Shown piece by piece: positions 8,102 through 20,507 of a DNA stretch of 64,000 nucleotides. The stretch comes from Dehalococcoidia bacterium (GTDB lineage: Bacteria > Chloroflexota > Dehalococcoidia > Lucifugimonadales > JAGWBF01). Both the position numbers and the translations under genes were made by a program. The stretch is from contig CBDFKU010000017.1 in NCBI GenBank assembly GCA_965248975.1, positions 27,236-91,235 on the forward strand, given 5' to 3'. Numbering within the stretch: the stretch's first letter is position 1; the number at the start of each line of letters is the position of its first letter. The notes below the pieces were generated by a model that worked only from the letters and a program-made list of their open reading frames with translations, ran no database searches and had not been told where the DNA came from.

Positions 8102-10258
8102 ATGTCCGACCGTAGCTTCTTCGTAAGTGCGCCTTTGATCGACCGCCCAGCCCCGGACCCACTAATGGAGGGAAGGGTGTTCTGGGCTATTGATACCAAA
8201 CAGATGTTTCAGGACGCCGGCGACGAGTGGACCACCCTGATCGAAACCAACGGCCCACCCGACGTAGTGTCGATGCGCACCCTAGGCCCCGCTCCCCTCC
8301 AAGCCGCTGCGGGGAACCATGTCCACTCCTATGCGATCCCAGCCCCGTCGGCCCAAGTTGGGGACTACGTGGTAGTGGGGGCAGGGCCAGTGACGCCAGG
8401 GGCCAGCCACGGGATCATCTTCAAACGGGACTGGGACGAGGTGTTGGTCGATTGGGAGTACCAGTTCGTGGACCAGCACGGAGACACCATCACCGCCATT
8501 GACTCGGAGCTCGCCGTCATCGATCCGCCTATCTCCCGGATTGCCAAGATGACCCTGGAGGTCTCGGGGCTGATTTTCGACAGCGCGAGCTCGACCGTTG
8601 GGTACCGGGAACCCGGCGGAGTGTTGACAGTCGAAGCCAACGATGGCCTGGGCAACGTCACCGTCCACTCCCTCGACGTGCAGAGGTGTACCGTGGAGAG
8701 CTTGGACGACGACGAGAAGATACGGTCCAGTGGCCGGGTGCCCATCCCTGAAGCTCTGCGGTCCGTCCTCGCCGAGACTGGCGGACCCGACCAGTTCACC
8801 TTCTCCGTCTACGCAAGCGAGGCCGACCGGGACTCGGGCTCCGATCCCCTGGCGTCCATCGATGGCCTGGGTCTAGCACAGTGGAGCTACAACGACTTGT
8901 CAGACTGGAACCTCAGTTGGGAGATGGAGGAGAACAGCGACTGGCCTGACAACGCAGACCGAATCCAAGCTTTGATTACCCGACTGTACGAAGATCGGGA
9001 TGAAGCCGAAGCCGACGCCGACGCCGAAGCCGAAGCCGACGCCAACTACTTCTACGAGTTGGTGATGGACTGGTGGGAAACCCCACCGCCTGCCAACCAG
9101 GTCACCAGCCTGGTCTTCCAGGGCTCGGGCCTGGAAGAGGGCTCGGAGCCGGACTCCCCTCCTCACTTCACAGATGTGTCCTGGAAGCTCCACTCCCTGG
9201 ACCTGCCAGGCAGGGCCGTGGCGGACCAGCCCAGGGCCCGAACTCAGCAGGATACGCTGGGTATCAACGCCGACGGTACCGGGCTTGAGCTTAAGCTGGG
9301 AGCGGACATACCTCCCTGGCGGGAAGGGGCATTTGCCTTCGCCGGCACACCGGACCGGTACACCTTTGAAATCTATGCCAGCGAAGCAGCCAGGGACTGT
9401 GGCCTAGACCCCATAGCGTCGGTCAGCGGCACCGTCATCCACGATTGGGACGCTGAAGGCGCGGAGTTTGAAGTCCACATGTCTAGCGCGGACCCCGAGA
9501 TAGGGACGGCGGTGCCGGAGGCTGTGGATGCCCTTGCCGACGACCGTAACTCCATCTCGTTGGACTACTTCTACCAGGTGACCTTCCATTGGGACAAACC
9601 GGAATATTGGGCGCCTCCACCCAGAATTGACCTGGCGTTGGGGGAGACCCCTGGAACAGTGGTCGTCGATTGGGAACTGTCCCCTGGAGCTCCGGCCCGA
9701 GCCCACTACCGGGTAGGCGTTTTCCCGAAGCACCTGGGAGACCACGCCCATTCCAGAGTGCTGTGGCACCCCGACCCCTTCACCCCACCCAAGACCATCT
9801 GGGGCCTGCGGCCGGGCGTCACCTACACGGTGCGAGTCAGTACCAGGGTGAGGGTGTGGCAGAGCCCGGCGGAATTCAGCGATAAAACCTGGAAGGACAT
9901 AACCATACCGGAGCCACCGGCGCTTTCACCGGCAGAGATGAGGGCTCCAAAGAACCTCCGGGCCGAGCCCGGTCCCGGTCGTAGGAAGCTGCGGGTGATC
10001 TGGGACAACCCCAGCGGCTTCGACGAGGATAGGGACAGCTACGAGCTCCAGTATCGGAAATGGGTGATAGACGCGGACACCGGGACGCAGGTTTCATATT
10101 CAGCATGGGTCTCGGTGGGCGTAACCGGCAGGGATGTGGTTCTGTCTGGTCTAGGGTCCTTCGACCACCTGGTCAGGGTTCGACGGGTGCATGGGGGCGA
10201 GGAAGGCAACGAGCCGGAGTATGGCATCTACATCTACGTCACCGGAAGGCCAGGTTGA
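8102..10258 (+). CDS. Large tail fibre / host-recognition protein with C-terminal fibronectin-III-like repeats
   Basis: 718 aa. The N-terminal region carries MRTLGPAPLQAAAGNHVHSY. There is an acidic DEAEADADAEAEADA linker. The C-terminal repeats (..VVVDWELSPGA..YRVGVF..PGVTYTVRVSTR.. and ..LRVIWDNPSGF..YELQYRKW..) look like FN3. Confidence 0.5.
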   Translation: MSDRSFFVSAPLIDRPAPDPLMEGRVFWAIDTKQMFQDAGDEWTTLIETNGPPDVVSMRTLGPAPLQAAAGNHVHSYAIPAPSAQVGDYVVVGAGPVTPGASHGIIFKRDWDEVLVDWEYQFVDQHGDTITAIDSELAVIDPPISRIAKMTLEVSGLIFDSASSTVGYREPGGVLTVEANDGLGNVTVHSLDVQRCTVESLDDDEKIRSSGRVPIPEALRSVLAETGGPDQFTFSVYASEADRDSGSDPLASIDGLGLAQWSYNDLSDWNLSWEMEENSDWPDNADRIQALITRLYEDRDEAEADADAEAEADANYFYELVMDWWETPPPANQVTSLVFQGSGLEEGSEPDSPPHFTDVSWKLHSLDLPGRAVADQPRARTQQDTLGINADGTGLELKLGADIPPWREGAFAFAGTPDRYTFEIYASEAARDCGLDPIASVSGTVIHDWDAEGAEFEVHMSSADPEIGTAVPEAVDALADDRNSISLDYFYQVTFHWDKPEYWAPPPRIDLALGETPGTVVVDWELSPGAPARAHYRVGVFPKHLGDHAHSRVLWHPDPFTPPKTIWGLRPGVTYTVRVSTRVRVWQSPAEFSDKTWKDITIPEPPALSPAEMRAPKNLRAEPGPGRRKLRVIWDNPSGFDEDRDSYELQYRKWVIDADTGTQVSYSAWVSVGVTGRDVVLSGLGSFDHLVRVRRVHGGEEGNEPEYGIYIYVTGRPG

Positions 10259-10424
10259 CGGGGCCCCGTCTGCCTCGATGGGTAACTCCCTTCCAGCGCA
10301 GAGCTCTAGAATTGCCTGCCCGTCCGAGTACCCCGCCCACGTTAAGAGATTTTCCTGGGACGGCGATGAGGACGACTAGGGTCTCCGCCCCCAACACAAC
10401 TTTGATAGGAGCCGGGATTCCCTG

Positions 10425-10883
10425 ATGCCGGTGCGACAGCGGGGCAATCTCAAGGATCTGGAGCGGAAGGTACGGCGTGGCCTAGGCCTGGGCCTACGGG
10501 ACCTGACCCTGGAGGTCAAGACCCAGGTGCAGAAGGAGAATCCTGTGGACACGGGACGCTCCCGTAACGCCTGGACCTTCAGGTTCAACCCCGGCACCCT
10601 CAAGGGGATAGTGGGCAACAACGTCCGCTACATCCGCGCCGTGGCTCTGGGTGGAGTGATCCCCGCCCACACCATCCGTCCCCGGAGGAAGAAGGCTCTC
10701 AGGTTCCAGACTGGGGGCAAGACTGTATTCGCCACCAGAGCCAGGATACCCAGGAGACAGGTTCCCTCCACAGCCCGTGAAAAGCGGAACATAGGCTTTC
10801 ACCAGAGGGGAGCGGAGAAAGCCATGAAGAGGGCCAGGGAGCTCCTGGTCCGAGGGATGAGGAAAGCGGGCGTGCCTATCTAG
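10425..10883 (+). CDS. HK97-gp10-family head-tail/tail-completion protein
   Basis: PVDTGRSRNAW followed by GNNVRYIRAVALG resembles the gp10-family VDTG.LR.S signature. Confidence 0.5.
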   Translation: MPVRQRGNLKDLERKVRRGLGLGLRDLTLEVKTQVQKENPVDTGRSRNAWTFRFNPGTLKGIVGNNVRYIRAVALGGVIPAHTIRPRRKKALRFQTGGKTVFATRARIPRRQVPSTAREKRNIGFHQRGAEKAMKRARELLVRGMRKAGVPI

Positions 10884-10914
10884 GGCCACGCATCACAGCA
10901 GAAGGGAAGCAACT

Positions 10915-11418
10915 ATGGGTCAGCTGGAAGCATTGCTCAACGGAGTCAATCATCTGGAGCCTGTGGACCTGTCTCCCTGGGGAGGACCCGCTGAGGTCCT
11001 GGTCCGTCCCCTGAGCAGCCCCGAGGCAGGGCGGGTAGACGCCATACGTCTGGGGAAGCTGAGGTCCCAGGTCCACCTGGAGGGAGCGCAGGCCCAGGCC
11101 AACCCCATCATAGAGGACATGGGGGCCTTCCTGGAGAAGCAGCGGGAGGCCAGAGCTTACGCCGTAGCTTGTGGCCTCTCCCATTCAGGAGACATCTGCA
11201 CCCTGGAGCAGGTGAGTCAGATGCCGGCTCCCTGGATCGAAGCCCTGGCCACCACCATCCTCCGTATCAGCGGGGTGGAGTACCAGGAGGAATCCTTTCG
11301 AGACCTACCAGGAGCACAGGCAGATGGTGGAGACATGGGGGATGGAGATGCTCCTACTAAGCCAGAGCGGGATACCGCCAGTCCTAAGCCAGCAGGAGTT
11401 GACTCCCCTTCAGCGTAG
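10915..11418 (+). CDS. Putative tail assembly chaperone (assigned by position)
   Basis: 167-aa acidic-tailed ORF directly upstream of the tape measure gene. Confidence 0.35.
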   Translation: MGQLEALLNGVNHLEPVDLSPWGGPAEVLVRPLSSPEAGRVDAIRLGKLRSQVHLEGAQAQANPIIEDMGAFLEKQREARAYAVACGLSHSGDICTLEQVSQMPAPWIEALATTILRISGVEYQEESFRDLPGAQADGGDMGDGDAPTKPERDTASPKPAGVDSPSA

Positions 11419-11501
11419 GGTGCTCCTAGAAGCATTGGCCTACCAGCACGAGCAGATGGAGCAACGGCAGCGGGAAGCAATGAGGAGATAAGGATAGACA
11501 G

Positions 11502-13175
11502 ATGACTAGCCGTCAGTACGCCCTGGAGATACCCATAGAGGGGAAGGACGAGATCAGCCGCGCCCTTCAGCAGGCCCAGCGGCAGGTGCAGCAGGCCAGC
11601 AGGTCCATGGACCGGGACCTCCAGAACGTGGAGCAATCCATTGGCGAGGCGGGGCGTGCCGCCGAGCAGGCGGGGCAGAAGATAGAGCGCTCCCTGTCCC
11701 GGGGTATGCAGAGGGCGGGTCAGTCCATGAGGACCGCTGGCCGTGCCATCTCTCAGACGGGCCAGTCCATGACCATGGGTCTGACCGTCCCCCTGGCCGC
11801 TGCTGGACTGGCCTTTGCCAAGTTCAACGATGTGGCGTCATCCCTTCAGGCGGAGGGCCAGTTCAGACGGAGCGCCGAGAGCATAGGAGCCAGCGCAGAC
11901 CAGATGATGGTGGCCATCCGAGCTGCTACAGGGGGAATAGTGGATGATACGACCCTCCAGCAGGAGACGACCAAGGCAATGGCCATGGGGGTGGGCAAGG
12001 ACATCACTCAAGTAAGCACCCTGTGGGCGCTGGCCCGTGTCCAGGCCAGGGAGCTGGGAGGTACTGCTGAGCAGGCGTTCCAGCGCATGGCCCAGGCCAT
12101 TGCCCAGGGGTCTGCCGAGACCCTGAACAGCCAGGGGTTCACGCTGAGGAGTGAGCAGATATTCAGGGAGTATGCGGAGAGCATCGGCACCACAGGGGCG
12201 GAGCTGGACCAGGCTACCAGGAGTCAGCTGGTGCTCAACGCCGTTCTGGAGCAGGGAAGCCAGAAACTCTCCCAGATGGACCTGGCGACCCTGGATGAGG
12301 CTGAGAGCCTACAGAAGATGACGGCGGAGCTTTCCAACACAACCGACTCGCTTCTTAGGAACCTGCTTCCCGTGATGCAGCAGGTCCTTGGAGCTTTCAA
12401 CACCATGCCCGGTCCCATGAAGACCGCCACCTTGGCCCTTCTGGGCTTTGGGTTGGCGGCAGGTCCTGTGGCCAGCGCTATAGGCATCCTCACCTCGGGA
12501 ATGGGGCTAGCCGTAAAGGGGCTAGCGGCCCTCTCCAAGGCCAACATAGTAGCTGCCGCCACCTCCCGCATCCTGGCGGCAGGTCTCCGGGGAGTGTTGG
12601 TAGCTTCAGGTATAGGGATTCTGATCGTTGCAATTGGTCTGCTGCTGGTCCACTGGGAGTTCGTCTGGGATGGGATCAAACGGATCACCTCATACGCTGT
12701 GGACTTCGTGAAGGACCACTGGGACAAGCTGCTGGTGTTCCTGGGGCCGGTAGGACTCATCATCGCAGGCATTCTCCAGGTGAGGAAGCACTGGGAGACC
12801 ATCTGGGGTGGGATCAAGAAGGCCACGGCTACCCTGGTGAACCCCATCATCGACATCATCAACAAGCTGATAGGGGCCATCAACAAGCTCCCAGGGGTGA
12901 GCATCGGTAAGGTCGGAAAGATAGGCGGGGGAGACAACGGCGCTGTGACAATACCCATACCGGAAGCCCACCAGGGAGCCATCACCCGGCGCGCCGGCCT
13001 GGTCTCTGTGTTGGCGAACGAGGCCATCATCCCCCTCGGGCGGGCAGGTATGCCGGTAATGGGTAATCGCATCATCAACGTGACCAACCACTTCCATGAC
13101 ATGACCATCCGGGAGGAGTCGGACATTGACTCTCTGGCCAACCGCATCCGGGGTTCCCTGGAGGGCGTCCGGTAA
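11502..13175 (+). CDS. Tail tape measure protein
   Basis: 557 aa. The N-terminal half is a coiled-coil rich in Q, A and R. The centre holds hydrophobic glycine-rich segments (LLGFGLAAGPVASAIGILTSGMGLAV..). The position in the tail module fits. Confidence 0.7.
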   Translation: MTSRQYALEIPIEGKDEISRALQQAQRQVQQASRSMDRDLQNVEQSIGEAGRAAEQAGQKIERSLSRGMQRAGQSMRTAGRAISQTGQSMTMGLTVPLAAAGLAFAKFNDVASSLQAEGQFRRSAESIGASADQMMVAIRAATGGIVDDTTLQQETTKAMAMGVGKDITQVSTLWALARVQARELGGTAEQAFQRMAQAIAQGSAETLNSQGFTLRSEQIFREYAESIGTTGAELDQATRSQLVLNAVLEQGSQKLSQMDLATLDEAESLQKMTAELSNTTDSLLRNLLPVMQQVLGAFNTMPGPMKTATLALLGFGLAAGPVASAIGILTSGMGLAVKGLAALSKANIVAAATSRILAAGLRGVLVASGIGILIVAIGLLLVHWEFVWDGIKRITSYAVDFVKDHWDKLLVFLGPVGLIIAGILQVRKHWETIWGGIKKATATLVNPIIDIINKLIGAINKLPGVSIGKVGKIGGGDNGAVTIPIPEAHQGAITRRAGLVSVLANEAIIPLGRAGMPVMGNRIINVTNHFHDMTIREESDIDSLANRIRGSLEGVR

Positions 13176-14242
13176 TGGCCGTTACCACCCAGGTGAAAGT
13201 CCACGACGGGAGCAGCTGGAACACGGTCGCCAACACCAGCCGCATCAGGGTGCGCCGCAGGGTGGGAGCAGGTGAAGCCAGCTTCCGGGTGGAAGATGCA
13301 TCCATAGCCCAGAGGGATCAGCTGCGCACCGGCAGGGAGTGTGAAGTCGTCATCACAGTAGATGAGACCAGGAAGGTCTTTGGAGGCTTCATAGATAGGC
13401 CGCGGATACAGGTGCAGTCCCCAGGCCACTTCAGCATATACCCCAGGGTGGTGGACCTCTCTCATGGGGCGTCATGGCAACGCACCCTTCCACTACACGC
13501 GCCCCCGGAGACGAAGTACACCGACAACATCAAGGACTACTGGGGCATCCACTGGTATGAGGTTGACAGGACCAGCGGCGGAGTGGTGGACCATCCATTG
13601 ACCCATCCAGAGAAGTACAGCCCCGGATACGACAACCTGGCAAGCTTCACCAACGAGATTGTCCAACGGTTCCTGCCAGACTGGGTGTGGTGGGTCGGCC
13701 ACAATGGTACCGATGACGATGGCATACAGAAGAAGCTCTTTGTCCAGCCCAGGGGCTACAACGACCTTACCGGATCGGTGACCATCACCGAGAGCGACAT
13801 AGGCCCCAGGTTCGATATACAGCCCACAGTGGACCCAAGGAACTACATTACTGTGGTGGGGGATGATAACCCCCAGGTGGATTCAAATTGGCCCCTTTAC
13901 GCTACCGCAGAGGACTCCAACTCCCAATCTGCCTATGGACGGCGGGACATGGTGACCAAGGAAAGCGAGGTGGGCGATACCGAGGCCCTGAACAACATAG
14001 CTGTATCCATCCTGGAGCAGCGCAAGTTCGACCTGTGGCAGGGCAAGTTCAAGATCGACAACTGGACGTTGGAGCCAGGGGACAAGGTGTCCCTGTACCT
14101 CCCCACCATCGGGGTCAACGACGGCGACGGCGGCGTGCCCTGGATACTGATGGAGGTGGAGGAGCAGATGAATCGGGGCACAGCCCAGAGGTGGGGGACC
14201 TTTGTGGAGCACAAGGACGCTGCCTTCTTCAGGGTGACCTAG
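13175..14242 (+). CDS. Distal-tail/baseplate-type phage tail protein (assigned by position)
   Basis: The start overlaps the tape-measure stop (TAATG). 355 aa. Confidence 0.4.
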   Translation: MAVTTQVKVHDGSSWNTVANTSRIRVRRRVGAGEASFRVEDASIAQRDQLRTGRECEVVITVDETRKVFGGFIDRPRIQVQSPGHFSIYPRVVDLSHGASWQRTLPLHAPPETKYTDNIKDYWGIHWYEVDRTSGGVVDHPLTHPEKYSPGYDNLASFTNEIVQRFLPDWVWWVGHNGTDDDGIQKKLFVQPRGYNDLTGSVTITESDIGPRFDIQPTVDPRNYITVVGDDNPQVDSNWPLYATAEDSNSQSAYGRRDMVTKESEVGDTEALNNIAVSILEQRKFDLWQGKFKIDNWTLEPGDKVSLYLPTIGVNDGDGGVPWILMEVEEQMNRGTAQRWGTFVEHKDAAFFRVT

Positions 14243-14770
14243 ATGCAAGAGCGGGACTTTGTAGAGCAGTTTGGGGAGCTGGCTGCCCGAGTCAAGAGAA
14301 TTGAACGCTGGCAGGACCAGTGGCGCACCCGCAACAGAAAGGTGGCCAACCTTCGAGCAGATGAAATCCTGGCCTCAGAGGGATATCTGGTGGCCACCGG
14401 GCGGGGTCTGTGCGCCAACCGGCATCAGCAGTACAGACCACCGAGGCAGACTTATCCTCCAGGGAGGACCGTTCTCAGAGCTATCGAGCCCGGCACCGAG
14501 TATCACAGCCTGCTCCCACTGTACTGGCGGTTGCCGGTGAAGAAACAGACCGTTGAAGCCGGCATCAGGTTCATCTTTAGCGACGGGTCCATAATCGCCC
14601 GCCGCCACCGGGGTACACGCTGGGGTATACAGGAGACTCACCCGGAAGACGTGCTCTTCAACAAGGACGGGTTGACCTGCGTGAAGGTGGAGTTCATCGC
14701 CAACAATGTGGGGACGGCTAACTCCAGGCAGAGCTTGGGCATATTCAGATTTGAAGGCTGGCAGTTCTGA
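14243..14770 (+). CDS. Phage hypothetical protein
   Basis: 175-aa ORF abutting the previous gene. Confidence 0.35.
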   Translation: MQERDFVEQFGELAARVKRIERWQDQWRTRNRKVANLRADEILASEGYLVATGRGLCANRHQQYRPPRQTYPPGRTVLRAIEPGTEYHSLLPLYWRLPVKKQTVEAGIRFIFSDGSIIARRHRGTRWGIQETHPEDVLFNKDGLTCVKVEFIANNVGTANSRQSLGIFRFEGWQF

Positions 14771-14771
14771 C

Positions 14772-15053
14772 ATGGTCGATCCAAATATTCAACAACGGGT
14801 GGCTACTTTGGAAGAGTCGGCCCGCCAGGGAGATGAAGCCCACCAGCAGATCAACCAGACCCTGGAGGAGCTGATAGCCCAGGTCGCCAAGCTGGAGGTC
14901 TACCTGGCCAACAATGGCGGCTTTACCCTGTCGGTACGGGACAAGCGGGTGAAGTTCGCTGGGTCGGTGCCCCTTCCCTGGTCGCTGACCCTGGCCGGAG
15001 GTAGTGGAGGCGGCGTGGGTTGGCTCGTGGGCCGGATGTTCGGAGTCTGGTAG
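14772..15053 (+). CDS. Small coiled-coil protein with a C-terminal hydrophobic, glycine-rich segment (holin/spanin-like?)
   Basis: ATG 14772. The sequence runs ..EELIAQVAKLEVYLANN.. and then LPWSLTLAGGSGGGVGWLVGRMFGVW. Confidence 0.3.
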   Translation: MVDPNIQQRVATLEESARQGDEAHQQINQTLEELIAQVAKLEVYLANNGGFTLSVRDKRVKFAGSVPLPWSLTLAGGSGGGVGWLVGRMFGVW

Positions 15054-15513
15054 AACCTAGACCACCTGAGAATCGTGACCAGAGGGAGGTTGTTACAGCT
15101 GCCCCCTGGCCCTTCCCTTCTTCCTTTCTCGCTGCTGAGCTGCCTGAGCTTGCCCCAGCTTATCAACCGGGGAGACCATCTGGTGAAAGCGTCGCACATC
15201 CTCGTCTCCCAGGGTTCGGAGATACGTGTCGGGAATCTTCCTCCATCCCCCTGCCAGCATCAGTACCCGTGTTAGCAACCAGCAAAAGTGGGACTGCGAT
15301 AATCTTTACCGGGCCTCCTTAGCTCGGGTCTGACCCGAAGTGGGACCGGCGCAGTGCCTTGAATGTGATCTGTCGACCTCGTTCTCAAGGTGGCCCAACC
15401 CCCACCGACCAGGTGAGCAGTGACCTTATAGGAGCCTGGCCATAGGTCCCGTCGCAGTCCTGTCCTCTCTCCTGGCCGTTCGTAGCCATCTCACTCAAGA
15501 ACAGGAGGAAGCG

Positions 15514-17872
<2,359 letters not shown>

Positions 17873-17875
17873 CTT

Positions 17876-18790
17876 TCAAGACAGTTGCTTTCTGCGTTGT
17901 AGGATCTCTTGCCGTCTTCCCTTGAGCACGTCAGATGGTGTCACGTTGGCCAGGGCCTTGTGATAGCGCCGGTAGTTGTAGTAGCTGACGAACGCCGCGA
18001 TAGCCGCATCGAGGTCAGAGGGCAACTCATAGGGCACCTGGTTTACGTCCCGTTTGATGCTCTGGTGGTAGCGCTCCAGCTTCCCGTTGGTCTGAGGGTG
18101 GAAAGGGGTTGCCAGGATGTGCTTGATGCCAACCATACCCAGGTAGTCCCTGAATGCCCTCGAGACATAGCCCGGGCCGTTGTCACTCAGCAGCCTAGTG
18201 CGGTCTGTGACTGGAACTTGATCCATGCCGGTCCTGTCCACAGCATCCTGGACCACCTCGATGAAGGAGTCGGCCGTCATGTCTTCCTGGAGCCTGTGAG
18301 CCAGGATGAAGCGGGAGTAGTCGTCCATCACGGTCACCAGGTAGTAGTAGCCCCAACCTACTACCCTGAAGTAGGAGGCGTCGGTGGCCCACATCTGGTG
18401 AGGGCCTGTGGTCTTGCGGTGGTACTCCTTACCCGCGGCCAGCTTCATCTCAGGCCTCTTCACCAGACCCTCCCTGCTCAGGATACGGTAGACACTCGAC
18501 TCTGAGACACTGAAGCCCTGGTTGTCGGTGATCCACGCGGCCAGCTGACGGCAGCTCAGCTCCGGCATCTCTCTGGCTGCTGCGAGAACTGAGCGTTCTT
18601 CCCGAATGCTGAGACGGTTCCACGGGGGCTTGCCGCCTCCTGCATGGTCCTCAAGTCCTTGTTGGTCCTGGCGTCTGAGCCACCGGTAGTAGGTGCTCTT
18701 AGGGATACCCAACTCGCTGAGGGCCTTTCGTTTAGGGAGGGGAGACGAGGCTACTTCGGTAAGTACTTCTGCCTTCTCCACGGCGCTCAT
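17876..18790 (-). pseudogene. IS3 copy 2 orfB, 3'-truncated by the IS110 insertion
   Basis: The DDE core is intact (HQMWATDASYF..VMDDYSR..LLSDNGPGYVS..PFHPQTNGKLERYH). The last ~30 codons are displaced to 16628-16714. Confidence 0.75.
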
Positions 18791-19194
18791 CCGCTGGTAC
18801 CGGTAGCTTCCTGGGGCATGGGGATGGCCGTTTTTTTGAGACGGTACGCCTCCAGCGACAGATCGGCCACTAGCTCCTTGAGCTCCCCGTTCTCTCTCTT
18901 GAGCTGCCCTACCTCATGCTGAGTGGCGTCCCGCATCGTGTCGCGGGTCAACCTCTCCTTGCCCGCCTCCATGAACTCTTTGGTCCACGAGTAGTAGGAG
19001 TGGGGCTTGATCCCCTCCCGCCGGCACAGGTCGTTGACTGTGACCTCGCGGCGGAAGCCCTCCAGAACAATTCGGATCTTCTCTTCGGGGGTGTACTTAC
19101 GTCGGGTAGCCGCCTTCACCGTGCGAACGAAGGACCTCGTCTCCGCGCTCCGTTCCTCGGCGGCCTCTGCTTTGTCTACGTCTGACTGGGACAC
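18787..19194 (-). CDS. IS3-family OrfA (HTH), intact, with an A7 frameshift tract
   Basis: 135 aa. RRKYTPEEKIRIVLEGFRREVTVNDLCRREGIKPHSYYSWTKEFMEAGKERL. CTC AAA AAA ACG lies on the reverse strand at 18831-18837. A -1 slip there enters the orfB frame. Confidence 0.8.
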   Translation of the reverse strand: MSQSDVDKAEAAEERSAETRSFVRTVKAATRRKYTPEEKIRIVLEGFRREVTVNDLCRREGIKPHSYYSWTKEFMEAGKERLTRDTMRDATQHEVGQLKRENGELKELVADLSLEAYRLKKTAIPMPQEATGTSG

Positions 19195-19306
19195 ATCTGC
19201 TCCTTTCTGTGGGTAACTCTACCCTCACTTCAGGAGCTCTCGCCACCCTCCAAACTCTCGGGTTTTCTTACCCTCCGATGTGTCCCATTATCGCTGACGG
19301 CCTACA

Positions 19307-20507
19307 ATTATTTAAGAAATCACTCAAAGTTGCTACCCTTTGGGAAGACAGAATCTACCCAAGGGGTGGCAGTGATGGGACGACGGGAAAAGTATAGGGT
19401 GCGCTTGGACCAGGAAGACTGGGAACAACTCCAGCAATTGATTCGAAGTGGGAAGAGCCGGGCTCGTGTGATGACCCGGGCGAGGATTCTACTAAAGAGC
19501 GATGAGGGTTGGAAGGCTCCCAAGGTGTCTGAGGCCTTGGACGTCTCCGTAGGCACAGTGTTCCGCATCAAGCGGCGTTTCGCTGAAGAGGGCATGAAGG
19601 GGGCTTTGCTGGAAAGGCCCAGGCCCAGGCCACGGAGGAAGCTGGACGACAAGGGAGAGGCCCACCTCATCGCCCTGGCCTGCAGCGCCGCGCCGGAGGG
19701 CCACGACCACTGGACCCTGCGGCTGTTGGCCGGGAAAGTGGTAGAGCTAGGGTTGGTGCCCTCCATGTCCCATGAAGGCATCCGCAAGCGGCTCAAAAAA
19801 ACGTTCTTAAGCCGTGGCAGAAGAAGGAATGGTGTATTCCTAAGGTGAGCGCCGACTTTGTGGCAGCCATGGAGGATGTGCTGGACCTGTATGCCGAGCC
19901 CTATGACCCCCGGCGGCCGGTGGTCTGCTTTGACGAGACCTCGACTCAGCTGTTGAGCGAGCCACGGCCGCCCCTCCCAGCGAAGCCGGGACAGCCGCGG
20001 CGACAGGACTACGAGTACCGAAGGGAGGGCACCCGGAACCTGTTCCTGACCTGCGAGCCGCTGCAGGGCTGGAGACACGTGGCCATCACCCAGCGGCGGA
20101 CCCAGCAGGACTTCGCCCGTCAGATGCGTTGGTTGGTGGATGAGGCCTACCCGGAGGCCCCGGTGGTGCGAGTTGTTCTGGATAACCTGAACACTCATCG
20201 CCCGGCTTCCCTGTACGAGGCCTTTCCTGCCCCTGAGGCCCGGCGTATCGTAAAGCGGCTGGAGTTCCACCACACCCCCAAACACGGCAGTTGGCTCAAC
20301 ATGGCGGAGATCGAGTTCAGCGTCCTGGCCCGATCTTGCCTGAGGAGGCGTGTCCCCGATGAGGCTGCCCTCCGCCGAGAAATTCAGGCCCTGGAGGGGG
20401 AGCGAAACGCCGCCCGAGCCTCTATCCATTGGCGCTTCAACACCCAAGATGCTAGGGCGAAACTCCATCGGCTATATCCTTCAAATCACAGGTTGACTGA
20501 GTACTAG
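19307..20507 (+). mobile_element. IS630-family element, copy A, missing ~27 bp of its transposase-proximal terminus
   Basis: Nearly identical to copy B (36001-37229). The right end ..GGTTGACTGAGTACTAG stops at 20507. The left terminal inverted repeat is replaced by the IS3 copy 2 end. Confidence 0.8.
19375..20507 (+). CDS. IS630-family transposase, expressed through a -1 shift at an A7 tract
   Basis: The HTH part runs from 19375 to the tract at 19795-19801. After a -1 slip the frame reads ..LKKNVLKPWQKKEWCIPKVSADFVAAMEDVLDLY..VVCFDETS..DYEYRREGTRNLF..VVLDNLNTH..FHHTPKHGSWLNMAEIEF. Confidence 0.7.

Noticed and set aside
10915-11491. Programmed frameshift (G/GT-type) in the tail assembly chaperone gene.
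   Set aside because: The -1 frame closes at 11360, before the end of the gene. Only a +1-frame tail (..LLEALAYQHEQMEQRQREAMRR, ending at 11491) extends beyond it. I could not find a convincing slippery site.
15060-15330. A reverse-strand coding remnant (..KIIAVPLLLVANTGT.. and ..WRKIPDTYLRTLGDEDVRRFHQMVSPVDKLGQ..) between the phage module and the IS cluster.
   Set aside because: It is readable only by changing frame and I recognise no family. It is probably a gene fragment, but I cannot support any call.
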